64,000 bases of DNA from NCBI RefSeq assembly GCF_009914755.1, contig NC_060933.1. The stretch is one strand, 5' to 3'. The position numbers and the translations under genes are program-made. The notes under the pieces are model-generated. The model was not told where the DNA came from. It made no database searches and saw only the letters and a list, made by a program, of their open reading frames with translations. The stretch comes from the human T2T-CHM13v2.0 reference genome, Homo sapiens. Each line of letters starts with the position of its first letter. Positions within the stretch are counted from its first letter, which is position 1. Positions 14,000 to 31,410 of the stretch are shown in pieces.

Positions 14000-16025
14000 C
14001 TAGCCAGTGCAGAAGGTCAAGTAAAAGAAATAAAAGGCAAAAAAGAAAAAAAAGAGAAGTAAAATAATCTTCATTTGCAGACAACGTGACTAGGCATATA
14101 GAAATCCACAAAGCAACTATTAAAGCTGATAATTGAACTTAGCAAGGTAACAGAGTAAAAGATCAATATACAAAATTGCATTTTATACTAGACGCAAGTA
14201 AGTTTTATAAGCAATTCTATTTGTAATAGCCTAAAATATGATATAAATAAAAATAAATTTAACAAAAGTTGTGTAAAACCTATGTACTGAAAATTATAAA
14301 GCATTGCTGAGAAAAATTAAAGAGGACCTAAATAAATGAAGAAATACACCCATTTCATATATTGGAAGACTCAATATTATTAAATGTCAATTTTTCCAGA
14401 ATTTATTTATAGAGCGAATGTAATCCCAATAAAAATTTCAGAGCCCTTTTTTTGAGGGGGCTAGAAATTGGCCTGTTGATTCTGAAATTCACATTTAAGG
14501 CAAAGGACCTAGAATAATGAAAAAAAAGTCTGATTTACAGATGTACTATAAAGCCATGATAATTAAGCCTGTAGTATTGGCATAAGAACAAGTAGATAAA
14601 TAGATTAATGAATGGAGCAGCATAGGACATCTAGATGTAGACCCACATATACCATCATTTGATTAAAAAAATTTTTAGAGATGGCGTCTCACTATATTGC
14701 CCAGGCTGGTCTTGAACTCCTGGACTCAAGAAATCCCCCTGCCTCGGCCCCCCAAAGAGTTGGGATTACAGGTGTGAGCCACTATACTCGGCCACAATTA
14801 ATTGAGTTTTGAAAAAAGCACCACGTGTATTCAATGGGGAAAGGATTTTTTTTTTCCAGCAACTGGTGCTGGAATAACTGAATAAACATGGGAAAAAAAA
14901 TGAATTTTAACACTTACCTAACTGTATAAACAAAACTTAATTGAAGATAAATGATTGACCTATGTTTAAAAGGTAAAATTATAAAGTGTCTAGAAGGAAA
15001 CAGTATGTTAGTAAACTTGGTATACACAAAGATTTCTTATGAAAAGCACTAACCATAAATGAAAAAAATATACAAATTCGGCTTTACCGAAACTTAACTA
15101 TCTTCTCATAAAAAGACATTGTTAACAAAATGAAAAGACAAGCCAGAGATGGAAGGAATATATCATATATCACAATACATATATATGAAATAAATATAAA
15201 GAACATGTATTTACATATAAAGAACTCCTACAACTCAACAATAAAAGACAACCCCATTTAAGTGGCACTAAGGACATGAAAAGGGGAAAAACATGATTAA
15301 TTACAGTATTAAATAAATATAAATTTAAGTCACAGTAAGAAGCCACTTCAAATTTACTAAAATGGCTGAAATTTAAAAGACAGCACCCAATGTTGGTGAG
15401 GATGTGAGGCAGCAGGAAGCTCTCATATTTTGCTTGCAGACATAACAAATGGTGCAGGCATTTTGGAAAAAGTTTTGGCACTTTCTAAACGTTTGCCTAC
15501 CCTAAGACTTTGCAAATCCACTCCTAGGTATTTCCCCAGGGAGACATGAAAACATATATCCAGTCTGTTCACACAAAGATTTGTATATGAATGTTCATGG
15601 AAGTTTTCTTCGTAAGAGCCCCAAACTGGAAACAACACAAATGGCCATCAACAGGAGACTGAGTAAGCAAACCCTTGTATATTGATACAATGGAATACAG
15701 GTTGGCAATAATATGGGAAAAAACCCTCAAAAACATATATTGATTGAAAGAAGTGAGACACAAAAGAGTTCCCACTGTGTGATTTCATTAATATGAAGTT
15801 CAATAACAGGGAAAACTAATGTATGTGATAGAAATCAGAGCAGTAGTTGCCGATGATGGCTGCAGATTGACTACAAGAGGGCATATGAAAGTTCTCTGGA
15901 GTGATGGAATTGTCTTCTAGCTCAACAGGTTTTGGTTATGTGGTTGTACACATTTGTCCAAGCTCATTGAATTTTACCCTTAAGAGCTATGCATTTCTGT
16001 GTCTGTGAATTTTACCTCAATAAAA
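14000..16025 (+). mobile_element. Ancient L1ME/L1MD ORF2 3' half + 3'UTR
   Basis: Degenerate FADD region (tcatttgcagacaacgtg), L1M 3' terminus ttttacctcaataaaa. Confidence 0.8.
14672..14793 (-). mobile_element. FLAM_C-like Alu monomer nested in L1
   Basis: Single left-arm Alu monomer, antisense. Confidence 0.85.
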
Positions 16026-16039
16026 ATGTTTCTGATAAA

Positions 16040-16930
16040 GATTTCAATGTAGAAAGATAAAATAATAAAATTTAGGAGCATATTTTCACAACCTTGGGTG
16101 GGGAAAACTTCCTAAGCAAGATAAGAATCTGTGCTGCAATAAGAGATAGGTATATTAAACTTCAAAAAGCTTAAAAATATGTAAGGTTAAATATAACATA
16201 AACGAAAGCAAGAGATCGAAGACAAAAAGAAAACAATATTTCAACACCTATGAAAGGCAAAATTTAACAACTCTAATAAATGATGACTTCTAATAAATGG
16301 ATATGAATAAGGCAGATAACCTAATAGAAAAAAATGGGCAAAGTGTATACACCAAAAAGTCACAAAAAGAAGAATGCAAGTAGCCAGTAAACTCACAAAA
16401 AGATGCTTTATTTCAGTAGTACTCAGGGAAATAAAAATTAAGCCATTAGTATGGTAAAAATGGGAATCTTTAGAAACACTATTAGTGAAAAGGGAAAATG
16501 GGTAGTTAATACACTGCTGGTTGAAATGTGAATTGCTACAACCTTTTGGGAAAGCATCTGGCAACATCTGACAAGGTTTAAAATATGTCACGTCGTTTGA
16601 CCTTGTAATTTGGGAATCTATGTTATGAGAAAAAACACAAGTATGTAAGGATGGATGAGAAACAATGCCTATTTGTTGTTTTATAGTGGCAAGAAGAAAA
16701 AAAACTGAAAACAATGCGAATGAACATTGATAGGGGAATAGATGAATTAGAATAATTCATCTATTCCTCAATACAAATTGTTGCACCAATATTAAAAAGA
16801 GTGAATCAGATTTACATATATTGACCTGGGGGGATTCCAATGACACATTATTAAGGGAAAAAAGCAAGTTGGAGACTAATGTGTAACAGATTATCGCATT
16901 TCAGATTAAAAAGAAATGCAAATACAAATA
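16040..16930 (+). mobile_element. Second ancient L1ME 3' fragment
   Basis: aaaaaatgggcaaag...acaaccttttgggaaagcatctggca...gacacattattaagggaaaaaagcaag. Confidence 0.65.
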
Positions 16931-17519
16931 TACACTTTATTGGAGTATAAACATGGACTGCTACTGTTTTCTTCAATAATTGTCACATTTATATCCTTTT
17001 CAAATTTCCTTCCTGCTGAGTAATAGGAATGCTTTGTAATATTCAGCCCAATTCTATAACTCTTCAGTTTTTAGAATTTCATTTTGGTTCTCTAGACTCA
17101 GCCAGAGATTATGTATGAGCTGTACATTTTTGGCCCCAATCTCAACAATCAGATAAGTGGTTCCTCTTCTCTTCCAGAAGACCAAGAGGGTAGAATTGCT
17201 AATGGAAGTTTCTCAGGAGGGTGGATGTGTTGGTGCAAGCTTCTATTTTATGAATCTGGGCAGGACCTCAAGGAGAGAAGGAGGTTGGCTCACCCTACAC
17301 TGATTGACATCCATTACTGATAAAAGATAGAATTTGTAGACTGCTGCCAATCATTCTACTTGCTTTTCACAAAATCAATTTTATTAATTTATTGTTAAAT
17401 TGAGATTATTTAGAGTAGTAAAAAAATAAAAAAACTGGATAACTAGTCCCATGGCAGTATAAGAAAAAGACTATTCAGTAGAAAGAATATTAGTGAAGTT
17501 GAAAAAACTGCCTTCCTTA

Positions 17520-17816
17520 GGCCGGGTGCAGTGTAATCCCAGCACTTTGGGAGGCTGAGATGGGCGGATCACGAGGTCAGGAGATCGAGACCATCCTGGC
17601 TAACACGGTGAAACCCCGTCTCTACTAAAAATACAAAAAATTAGCTGGGTGTGGAACGTGGAAATTAGCGGGCACCTGTACTCCCAGCTACCCGGGAGGC
17701 TGAGGCAGGAGAATGGCATGAACCCGGGAGGCTAGAGCTTGCAGTTAGCCGAGATCATGTCACTGCACTCCAGCCTGGGCGACAGAGTGAGACTCCATCT
17801 CAAAAAAAAAAAAAGA
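17520..17816 (+). mobile_element. AluY with a small 5' deletion and an internal insertion
   Basis: AluY diagnostics gagatcgagaccatcctggctaacacgg and gaatggc...gagcttgcag; 18-bp TSD aaaaaactgccttcctta at 17502-17519 and 17817-17834. Confidence 0.93.
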
Positions 17817-18191
17817 AAAAAACTGCCTTCCTTAAAACCTTATGTAGAAATTATAACTCCTAGAGTCCAGTCTGTCTGTCTAGTAATAGAGGTAATAGAG
17901 GCCCCTTTGTGCTTTAGGGGTTCTCAAAGAATCAGAACTGATCTTATTACTGTAAATTTACTGTTTTTTCAAAGGACGTTTGGACTATTTTCAAGTCAGG
18001 CCTAAAATATAGATACAGGAAGCCAATTATGTCTACTTACCCTTTTTCCCTTTAAGCTATTTTCCTCTGGTTCTCTTGGTGGCCCTATTCCCTTCTCAAG
18101 TATACGTAGCAGTTGCCATTTCCTCCTTGGCCAAATTCCATACCAATGCTAGGGCATCTCTGTTGACTTCTCTTGGGTCTATTTTTCTTTA

Positions 18192-18560
<369 letters not shown>

Positions 18561-18899
18561 TTACTCCCTCCTCCCCACCCTGCAATGTCACTCTCCAAGG
18601 TAGCTGAGACCTTGGCACAGTAGCTGATGTCTTACGTACCTGATGTTGGCCTTGGCCATGATTCTGATTTCACAGAGTGGTCCATAAAGCTGGCAAGCTG
18701 CACAGTGGTGAGATGCCACATAAACAAAATTCACATACAGGATATCGCTACATAAGCAATTACCTTTGCTCTTGCCTTGATCCTATTGACACAATTCCCA
18801 CTGCTTCTGCAAAAGAGAAAAAAAACTCAAAATGTTTTTTGAAAATTCATGATTCACAAGTATGTATCATAAAGCAAAGACACTTAGAGCTGGAAGGGA

Positions 18900-19000
18900 C
18901 AGAGTCAGCCCCCTCATTTTATAGTCAAGGAAGCACAGGCCTAAGTGACTTATCCAAGGTCACACAGCTAGTTTATCAGCAAGGTCAGAACTAGACCATA
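18900..19000 (-). mobile_element. MIR fragment
   Basis: aagtgacttatccaaggtcacacagctagt. Confidence 0.7.
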
Positions 19001-19319
19001 GTATTTGCTGTTGTTGATTATTTGTGAAATCGAAAACAGAAATAGTGTAGGTAAGAAAATCATGATAGCCCATGTTTCTCTCTGCTCACTTAAAAGTATA
19101 TCCCCAAGCAATCTGAAAGTTTAAAAACTGTGCTTAGTCATACTGTCCATTCCATCAATTTGGGAACGGTAAGAAGAAATCTCTTTGTAAAATACTTATG
19201 TCTTTGGTGTGTTAAGTCGCAATAGGTCTTTCGTAGATAACTGTAACTTATTGATTAATGTTTCTGTTTTCCTAACACCTTCACCACTCATTTAGGGAGT
19301 AGTTGGTAATTTTGTAATG

Positions 19320-20011
19320 GGCAGGTGCCTGGCTGCACACTAAAGTCACCTGGGGGAGTTTTTACAACATGCCAGTGCCACTGAGGACCACTGTTAGAGA
19401 TTGACTTGATTGGTTTGGGGTGAGATCTAAGCATCACTGTTTTTAAAAGGACTGCTAGATGATTCTAGGGTACAGCCAGAGCAAAAAACTATTATGCTAG
19501 AGTAATAGTTCTCGAAGTGTGCCCCGGGTCCAGAGGGATAAGTGTCATCTGGAGACTTGCCCAAATGCAGACTCCCAGATCCTTCCCCAAACCTACTGAG
19601 TCGGACAGAAGCTCTGAAGGTGGGGTCCAGCAAGCAGTGTTTTAAATAAGCTCCCCAGGTGATGGTAGTGAATGCTAAAGTTCAAGAAACCACTGGTCTA
19701 GCCCAGGGATGGGAAAAGTATGGGGCCTATTTTTGTAAATGAAGTTTAACGGGAACATGATCACACCCATTCATTTGTATATATTACAATGACAGGGTTC
19801 AGTAGTTGTGACCTAGACCATATGACCTTCAAGGCCTAAAATGTGTATTCTCTGTCCCTTGAAAGAAAAGGTTTCCTGATCCCAGAACTGTGCTTTTCAA
19901 ATTTTAATGTACGTATGCGTCACTTGGGGATCTTGTCAAATTGCAGAATTTAGTTTGGTAGGCCTGGGATAGGACCTGAAATTCTGCATTTAACAGCTCC
20001 CAGGTGATGCT
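19320..20011. mobile_element. Cluster of hAT-Charlie MITEs: MER5-like (~19320-19480), MER5A (~19504-19695), MER58A (~19704-19885), MER5-like (~19888-20011)
   Basis: MER5 motifs (acctactgagtc...aagctccccaggtgat; aattctgcatttaacagctcccaggtgatgct) and MER58A motifs (ttttgtaaatgaagttt...agtagttgtgac...gaaaaggtttcctgatccc). Confidence 0.7.
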
Positions 20012-20035
20012 CAGGTTGAATAGAAGGGTATAGAG

Positions 20036-20666
<631 letters not shown>

Positions 20667-20768
20667 TCTACAGTTCAACTGGTATTTGGGGTGATAGGGA
20701 GTTTTTGATTTAGTTAAGTATGAAGGCAAATAGAGAAAGGAGACTAAGAGAAACCATACAACTTAACT

Positions 20769-21226
20769 TAAGGGAGGAGACCACCCCTCATATTGTCTTA
20801 TGCCCAATTTCTGCCTCCAAAGAAAGAAGTAAAAACTAAAAGGCAGAAATGAAATCCACAAGCAGACAGCCCGACGCCACACCCTGGGCCTGGTAGTTAA
20901 AGATCGACCTCTGACCTAATCGGTTATGTTATCTATAGATTACAGACATTGTATAGAAAAGCACTGTGAAAATCCATGTCCTGTTCTGTTCCGATCTAAT
21001 TACCGGTGCCTGCAGCCTCCACTCACATACCCCCTGCTTGCTCAATCGATCACAACCCTCTCAAGCAGACCCCCTTAGAGTTGTGAGCCCTTTTAAGGGA
21101 CAGGAATTGCTCACTCAGGGAGCTCGGCTCTTGAGACAGGAGTCTTGCCGACGCTCCTGGCCTAATAAACTGCTTCCTTCTTTAACTCGGTGTCGGGGGG
21201 TTTTGTCTGCGGCTTGTCCTGCTACA
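20769..21226 (+). mobile_element. LTR2-family solo LTR (HERV-E/Harlequin group, ERV1)
   Basis: Starts taagggaggagaccacccctcatattgtcttatgccc, ends tcctgctaca; AATAAA at 21164-21169; 4-bp TSD AACT at 20765-20768 and 21227-21230. Confidence 0.9.
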
Positions 21227-22089
21227 AACTCACTTCAGAATTTTGCTCACATTTGACCTGGAGCTCAACAATCTCTTCCTCTTTACTCTGTGACTCTGGA
21301 GGCAGGGGAATTCTATAGCTTATGTATATTACAGGCGAGGGATGTAAGTGATGTGTTTAATGGACTGAGCTGGTCCACTGTGATTTAAAATATTATTACA
21401 GGAGAATATGATATGAATTTGAATTCTCAAATACTTCCGTGAATAAAGAGGATATATTCCAAGAACACTTAATTTTCATGATCTTGAATTCTTTCTAGCT
21501 GAGCTGAGAAGGTGCCAGGGATTAAGGTTAATTTCCTTGAAATGGGGAGGTGTTCCAGGCTTGGACCAAGGAAAGTTTTATTTCTGAGTTACCAGTTTGT
21601 GGAAACATCACAGCAGGAAGGAGCATGCTAGATGGAGTTTAGAAAAAACAAAGCCAGAAGATCCAGAGCCAAAAGATCAGTTGGCCTAGAAAGTCAAAGT
21701 AGGAGGGGAGGCAGAGAATGAAAATGGCGGGGGCGGGGGGGCAAAAAGAGTCAGAAGTGGGATAGTCAGAGGCAGGTTGAGGTACTGACAGGTTGGAAGG
21801 AAGTCTGGGTTTATTTAACCACAGGCTGCTGTGGTTACACCACTACCCCTTTCACTCTGAGGGGGAACAAAGAGAATGCTGAGCAGTACTAGAGGTAACA
21901 ATAAGAAGGAGGGATGGGAGCCCATTGCAAAATGTGGATTCCTTGCCTGTTCTTGCTTGATCCCCCATCACAGAATTGAAGTCAATATTTTAAGCAAAAA
22001 CGCTGCTCTTGGTCTGAAGAGCCTGGTTACAAAACATTAGGTGGAGACATGACTGGTTAGAAAGAGAGAAGAGAGTTTGGGCAGAGGGA

Positions 22090-22139
22090 GAATATGTGTT
22101 AGGGAAGAATATGTGTTAGGAAGAATATGTGTTAGGGAA
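22090..22139. repeat. 3 copies of a 16-17 bp unit gaatatgtgttagg(g)aa
   Basis: Directly visible tandem repeat. Confidence 0.9.
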
Positions 22140-22145
22140 TGGAAA

Positions 22146-22637
22146 GTACAGTAATTTCCTATGGCTGCTGTAACAAATTACCACAGACTTCATGGCTTAA
22201 AACAACACACATTTATGATCTTACAATTCTGGAAGTCAGAAGTCTGAAATTTTTAGTCAGAGGGCTAAAAATCAAAGGATCAGGAAGGCCACCTTCCTTC
22301 TGGAGGCTCAAGAGGAGAGCGTTTCTTTGCGCTCCTCTATTTCTGGGAGCCAACTGCGTTCCTTGGATCATGGTGCCTTCTCCATCTTCAAAGCACATCA
22401 CTCCAGCCACTGCTTCTGTCTCTCCACCTCCCTCTTCTGACTCTGATCCTCTCACTTCCCTCCCAGGAGGACCCTTGTGATTACACCAAACCCACCTGGA
22501 TAATCTAGGGTAATCTCTCCATTTTAAGGTCCATAGCTTAGTCACAGCTGCAAAATCCTTTGAACCATGTAAGGTAATAGGTTCTGGGGTTTAGGATGTG
22601 GATGGACATCTGTGGGACCATGAGTCAGTCTACCACA
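22146..22637 (-). mobile_element. MLT1D-like solo LTR
   Basis: ggctgctgtaacaaattaccaca...ggacccttgtgattaca...ggataatctagggtaatctc. Confidence 0.8.
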
Positions 22638-22703
22638 GGAGGTCGGTATTGTGTCTGTTTCAGTTTTCAATGCTCTGATCAGCATTTTAAAGACTTGTGT
22701 CTG

Positions 22704-23609
22704 GAGGGAGGAGCCAAGATGGCTGAATAGGAACAGCTCGGGTCTACAGCTCCCAGCGTGAGCGACGCAGAAGATGGGTGATTTCTGCATTTCCATCTGA
22801 GGTACCAGGTTCATCTCACTAGGGAGTGCCAGACAGTGGGTGCAGGTCAGTGGGTGCATGCACCGTGCGCGAGCCGAAGCAGGGCGAGGCATTGCCTCAC
22901 TTGGGAATAGCAAGGGGTCAGGGAGTTCCCTTTCCCAGTCAAAGAAAGGGGTGATGGACGCACCTGGAAAATCGGGTCACTCCCACCCGAATACTGCGCT
23001 TTTCCGACCGGCTTAAAAAAACGGCGCACCACGAGATTATATCCCACACCTGGCTCGGAGGGTCCTACGCCCATGGAGTCTCGCTGATTGCTAGCACAGC
23101 AGTCTGAGATCAAACTGCAAGGCGGCAGCGAGGCTGGGGGAGGGGCACCTGCCATTGCCCAGGCTTGCTTAGGTAAGCAAAGCAGCCGGGAAGCTGGAAC
23201 TGGGTGGAGCCCACCACAGCTCAAGGAGGCCTGCCTGCCTCTGTAGGCTCCACCTCTGGGGGCAGGGCACAGACAAACAAAAAGACAGCAGTAACCCTGC
23301 AGACTTAAATGTCCCCGTCTGACAGCTTTGAAGAGAGCAGTGGTTCTCCCAGCATGCAGCTGGAGATCTGAGAACGGGCAGACTGTCTCCTCAAGTGGTT
23401 CCCTGACACCTGACCCCCGAGCAGCCTAACTGGGAGGCACCCCCCAGCAGGGGCACACCGACACCTCACATGGCAGGGTATTCCAACAGACCTGCAGCTG
23501 AGGGTCCTGTCTGTTAGAAGGAAAACTAACAAACAGAAAGGACATCCACACCAAAAACCCATCTGTACATCATCATCATCAAAGACCAAAAGTAGATAAA
23601 TCCACAAAG
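22704..23609 (+). promoter_or_regulatory. L1 5'UTR internal sense and antisense promoter with YY1 motif
   Basis: caagatggc near the 5' end; relatively CpG-rich; established L1 architecture. Confidence 0.8.
22847..23155 (-). CDS. L1 ORF0 (antisense), frameshift-extended to 102 aa; expression unknown
   Basis: MAGAPPPASLPPCSLISDCCASNQRDSMGVGPSEPGVGYNLVVRRF matches the ORF0 N-terminus; it diverges after the A-run at ~23015-23021. Confidence 0.55.
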   Translation of the reverse strand: MAGAPPPASLPPCSLISDCCASNQRDSMGVGPSEPGVGYNLVVRRFFKPVGKAQYSGGSDPIFQVRPSPLSLTGKGNSLTPCYSQVRQCLALLRLAHGACTH

Positions 23610-24626
23610 ATGGGGAAAAAACAGAACAGAAAAACTGGAAACTCTAAACAGCAGAGCGCCTCTCCTCCTCCAAAGGAACGCAGTTCCTCACCAGCAATGG
23701 AACAAAGCTGGATGGAGAATGACTTTGACGAGCTGAGAGAAGAAGGCTTCAGACGATCAAATTACTCTGAGCTATGGGAGGACATTCGAACCAAAGGCAA
23801 AGAAGTTGAAAACTTTGAAAAAAATTTAGAAGAATATATAACTAGAATAACCAATACAGAGAAGTGCTTAAAGGAGCTGATGGAGCTGAAAACCAAGGCT
23901 TGAGAACTACGTGAAGAATGCAGAAGCCTGAGGAGCTGATGCAATCAACTGGAAGAAAGGGTATCAGCAATGGAAGATGAAATGAATGAAATGAAGCGAG
24001 AAGGGAAGTTTAGAGAAAAAAGAATAAAAAGAAATGAGCAAAGCCTGCAAGAAATATGGGACTATGTGAAAAGACCAAATCTACGTCTGATTGGTGTACC
24101 TGAAAGTGATGGGGAGAATGGAACCAAGTTGGAAAACACTCTGCAGGATATTATCCGGGAGAAATTCCCCAATCTAGCAAGGCAGGCCAAGGTTCAGATT
24201 CAGGAAATACAGAGAACGCCACAAAGATACTCCTCGAGAAGAGCAACTCCAAGTCACATAATTGTCAGATTCACCAAAGTTGAAATGAAGGAAAAAATGT
24301 TAAGGGCAGCCAGAGAGAAAGGTCGGGTTACCCTCAAAGGGAAGCCCATCAGACTAACAGCGGATCTCTCGGCAGAAACCCTACAAGCCAGAAGAGAGTG
24401 GGGGCCAATATTCAACATTCTTAAAGAAAAGAATTTTCAACCCAGAATTTCATATCCAGCCAAACTAAGCTTCATAAGTGAAGGAGAAATAAAATACTTT
24501 ACAGACAAGCAAATGCTGAGAGATTTTGTCACCACCAGGCCTGCCCTAAAAGAGCTCCTGAAGGAAACGCTAAACATGGAAAGGAACAACCGGTACCAGC
24601 CACTGCAAAATCATGCCAAAATGTAA
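23610..24626 (+). pseudogene. L1 ORF1p, interrupted by premature TGA codons (first at 23901-23903)
   Basis: MGKKQNRKTGNSK...; C-terminal 218 aa open (23970-24626) with YPAKLS motif. Confidence 0.93.
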
Positions 24627-24665
24627 AGACCATCGAGACTAGGAAGAAACTGCATCAACTAATGA

Positions 24666-28515
<3,850 letters not shown>

Positions 28516-28789
28516 ACAATGAGATCACATGGACACAGGAAGGGGAATATCACACTCTGGGGACTGTGGTGGGGTGGGGGGAGGGGGGAGGGATAGCAGT
28601 GGGAGATATACCTAATGCTAGATGACGAGTTAGTGGGTGCAGCGCACCAGCATGGCACATGTATACATATGTAACTAACCTGCACAATGTGCACATGTAC
28701 CCTAAAACTTAAAGTATAATAAAAAATAAATAAGTAAATTAAAAAAAAAAAGACTTGTGTCTGAATGTCAAGGAGAGAGCCTATGAGAA

Positions 28790-29035
28790 GGGGTTTAAAC
28801 TCAGAAACCTGCAAGAGTCAGGAAGATAATAAAAACATGAGAAGCAGAGTGCAAAACAGTAGGCAGTGGTGGGCACTGTGCATGAACTAGAGACTGCATG
28901 CCTGTCTAAAGGGGGATAAGGCATCTTATCTATTTAATGAGGTGGAAGACAAGGTGATCCTCAGCTTCAGCTACTAGGTGGGCAGATAGGCAATAATATC
29001 AGATTCAGTTTTTCAAGAGAAGCTTTTAAATGAAG
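28790..29035 (+). mobile_element. MER102-like hAT-Charlie element (resumes ~30275-30340)
   Basis: agtggtgggcactgtg...gcatgcctgtctaaagggg...ttttcaagagaagc. Confidence 0.6.
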
Positions 29036-29819
29036 ACTTTAGACAATGGTGTGTTGGGAAGTGTTCAATAACAAAATGTGTGTGTATGTGTGCGTATGCA
29101 TATATGCAATATGTATTATAAATTTTACTGATATATAGAATGCATTGTAGCATACAATTTGAAAATACTCATAAAATTTAAAATACTGTGTGACTTGCTA
29201 TTTCTTACTAAATCCATTATCAGGTTTTATAATTCTACCACCAACAACAGGGTCACATAACCAGACTATGAATAAAAGCTTGATTATTAGTGAAGTTCTA
29301 ACATATCTTCGTTGTTTCACTTTTGTTGTTTTGTTATGGTTCATGAAAGTATCAACCAACATTCATATTATAACTATACTTGTTTATCAGGGAGATGAGT
29401 TACTTCTTTTCTGAACTGGATAATAGTTTTCAGATACTGGAAGAATATTTTGTCTATTTTTTGTGCTATTCACAATGTAAAGACTACAGACATAACACAG
29501 TTTTAAGTTTAATCTGCATTGTTAGCATTTTCTCCCTTACTTTCTTAAGCCTAGACAATCAACAAACAATGAACCAAGACCTTATTTGTAATGTTTGCCT
29601 ATTTCTGTGGTGTCAATACCCTCATCACATGGCTTAGTTCAAGCCACCAAAGGATGTTATGTGGAATTATAAGAGACGTGCAATGGCATTCCATTAGATA
29701 GCATTTTCACTCTACAGATACAATAGGTATAAATTACTACAAGAACATAGGCCACAGTAAATTGTAATAAAATAATTAGCAAGTGATAAATTTTGAATAT
29801 TTATTACCTTTACAAAATT

Positions 29820-30130
<311 letters not shown>

Positions 30131-30847
30131 TTGTTGCCTTTGTTTTAATAGAATTTATTTAGATGTATGTTTATATGACTTAAGTTTTAATGGCAGCTAT
30201 GTATAACAGCCACTCACAAAATTCTTGAAAATGTAACCCTTAGCTCTTGCGAGTGGTTCTTCAGCACATCATTGATTTCATGTAAAATCTAATTCTAAAA
30301 CATTGGCTCAATGTAAAAAGCAAAAACAAAAGCACACCAGCAATTTAGGTCTGGCTGAAAGGTTCATGATTTTGTGGTCTCTGTAAAATGAGAAATGAGC
30401 AGTGAGACTAGACGTTATGCAAGGAAGACCCCTGGGGTCACTGGGGGCCTGAGTGAGCTTTGCTTCCTCAGCCCCCTGCGTGAGTGTGGCACAGGAGGTA
30501 CGTGGGACTCTCCCCCTTCAATATGCGGAACTGGGGGCAGTGAAGGTGCTGTTATGCCAAGCCTCAGTGGAGGCCTCCATGGGCGAAACCCTCAGTGGTG
30601 GGAGAGGCAGAGGCTGTGGCAAGGGGTCTTCATTCCTGCAGGTTTTCCTGGAGACTCTGGGGGAAACAGAGCAGGAGTAGAGGAAGAATGGAAGCTGCCA
30701 CGTGAAGGTTGAGACATTTATAAGACATCCCAATTGGGATTCTCAAAATAGTTGGGATGATTTCTTTGGGGGAAGAGGGAAGATTCTGATGCCCTGGCAT
30801 CTTTGTGAGGGTGTGTTAAAGTCACACTATATCTGGAAGGATTCTTA

Positions 30848-30982
30848 TATTGGATGACTATATAATTTATATCCCAACCTGACGCACTTTGGAGAGTGAA
30901 AGTGAGTGTTATTAATAAAATAGCCAGGATATCAGGCATAAATTGGGACTGTTGTGGACAAACCAGATATGTGGCCACTTTA
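30848..30982. mobile_element. MER94-like DNA transposon remnant
   Basis: ggatgactatataatttatatcccaacc...aaaccagatatgtggccacttta. Confidence 0.5.
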
Positions 30983-31373
30983 CTTATAAAGGATCTAAGC
31001 TCATGGTTCTTGAAGGGGAGGAGCCATATCCAGTGAGGGACTTTTTCAAAATAAGCATGGAATTGGGAGTGGGATGAGCCTGGGCTGCGGAGGGCAGTTG
31101 TTTGCCAGAATTCAGTGCCAGGAGGGTGTGTAGTTCCCAGCAGCTCTCCAAGTGACTTTCTTGTCTCCTCCACCCTGAAGTCCACTCCATATAAGAACAC
31201 AGAGGATCACAGGGCACTAGAATCATATGGTGGCTGAGCTTGGCACACAGCCTGGCACAGAGAAGGTGTTGATTGTTTATTGACTGCCTAACATAAGTCA
31301 TGTGTCTTGATTTTTGGTCTGCTATCCTTTCTAGGAATTCTGTCAGTTTCTGGGCAAAGCAGCTGGAAGCTTC

Positions 31374-31410
31374 TGTGTGTGTGAGTGTGTGTGTGTGCAT
31401 GTGTGTGTGT
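31374..31410. repeat. Imperfect (TG)n
   Basis: Direct observation. Confidence 0.9.

Noticed and set aside
30395-31400. Cluster of 70-160 aa ORFs in GC-richer unique sequence
   Set aside because: No recognisable protein similarity, inconsistent strands and no convincing splice-site pairs.
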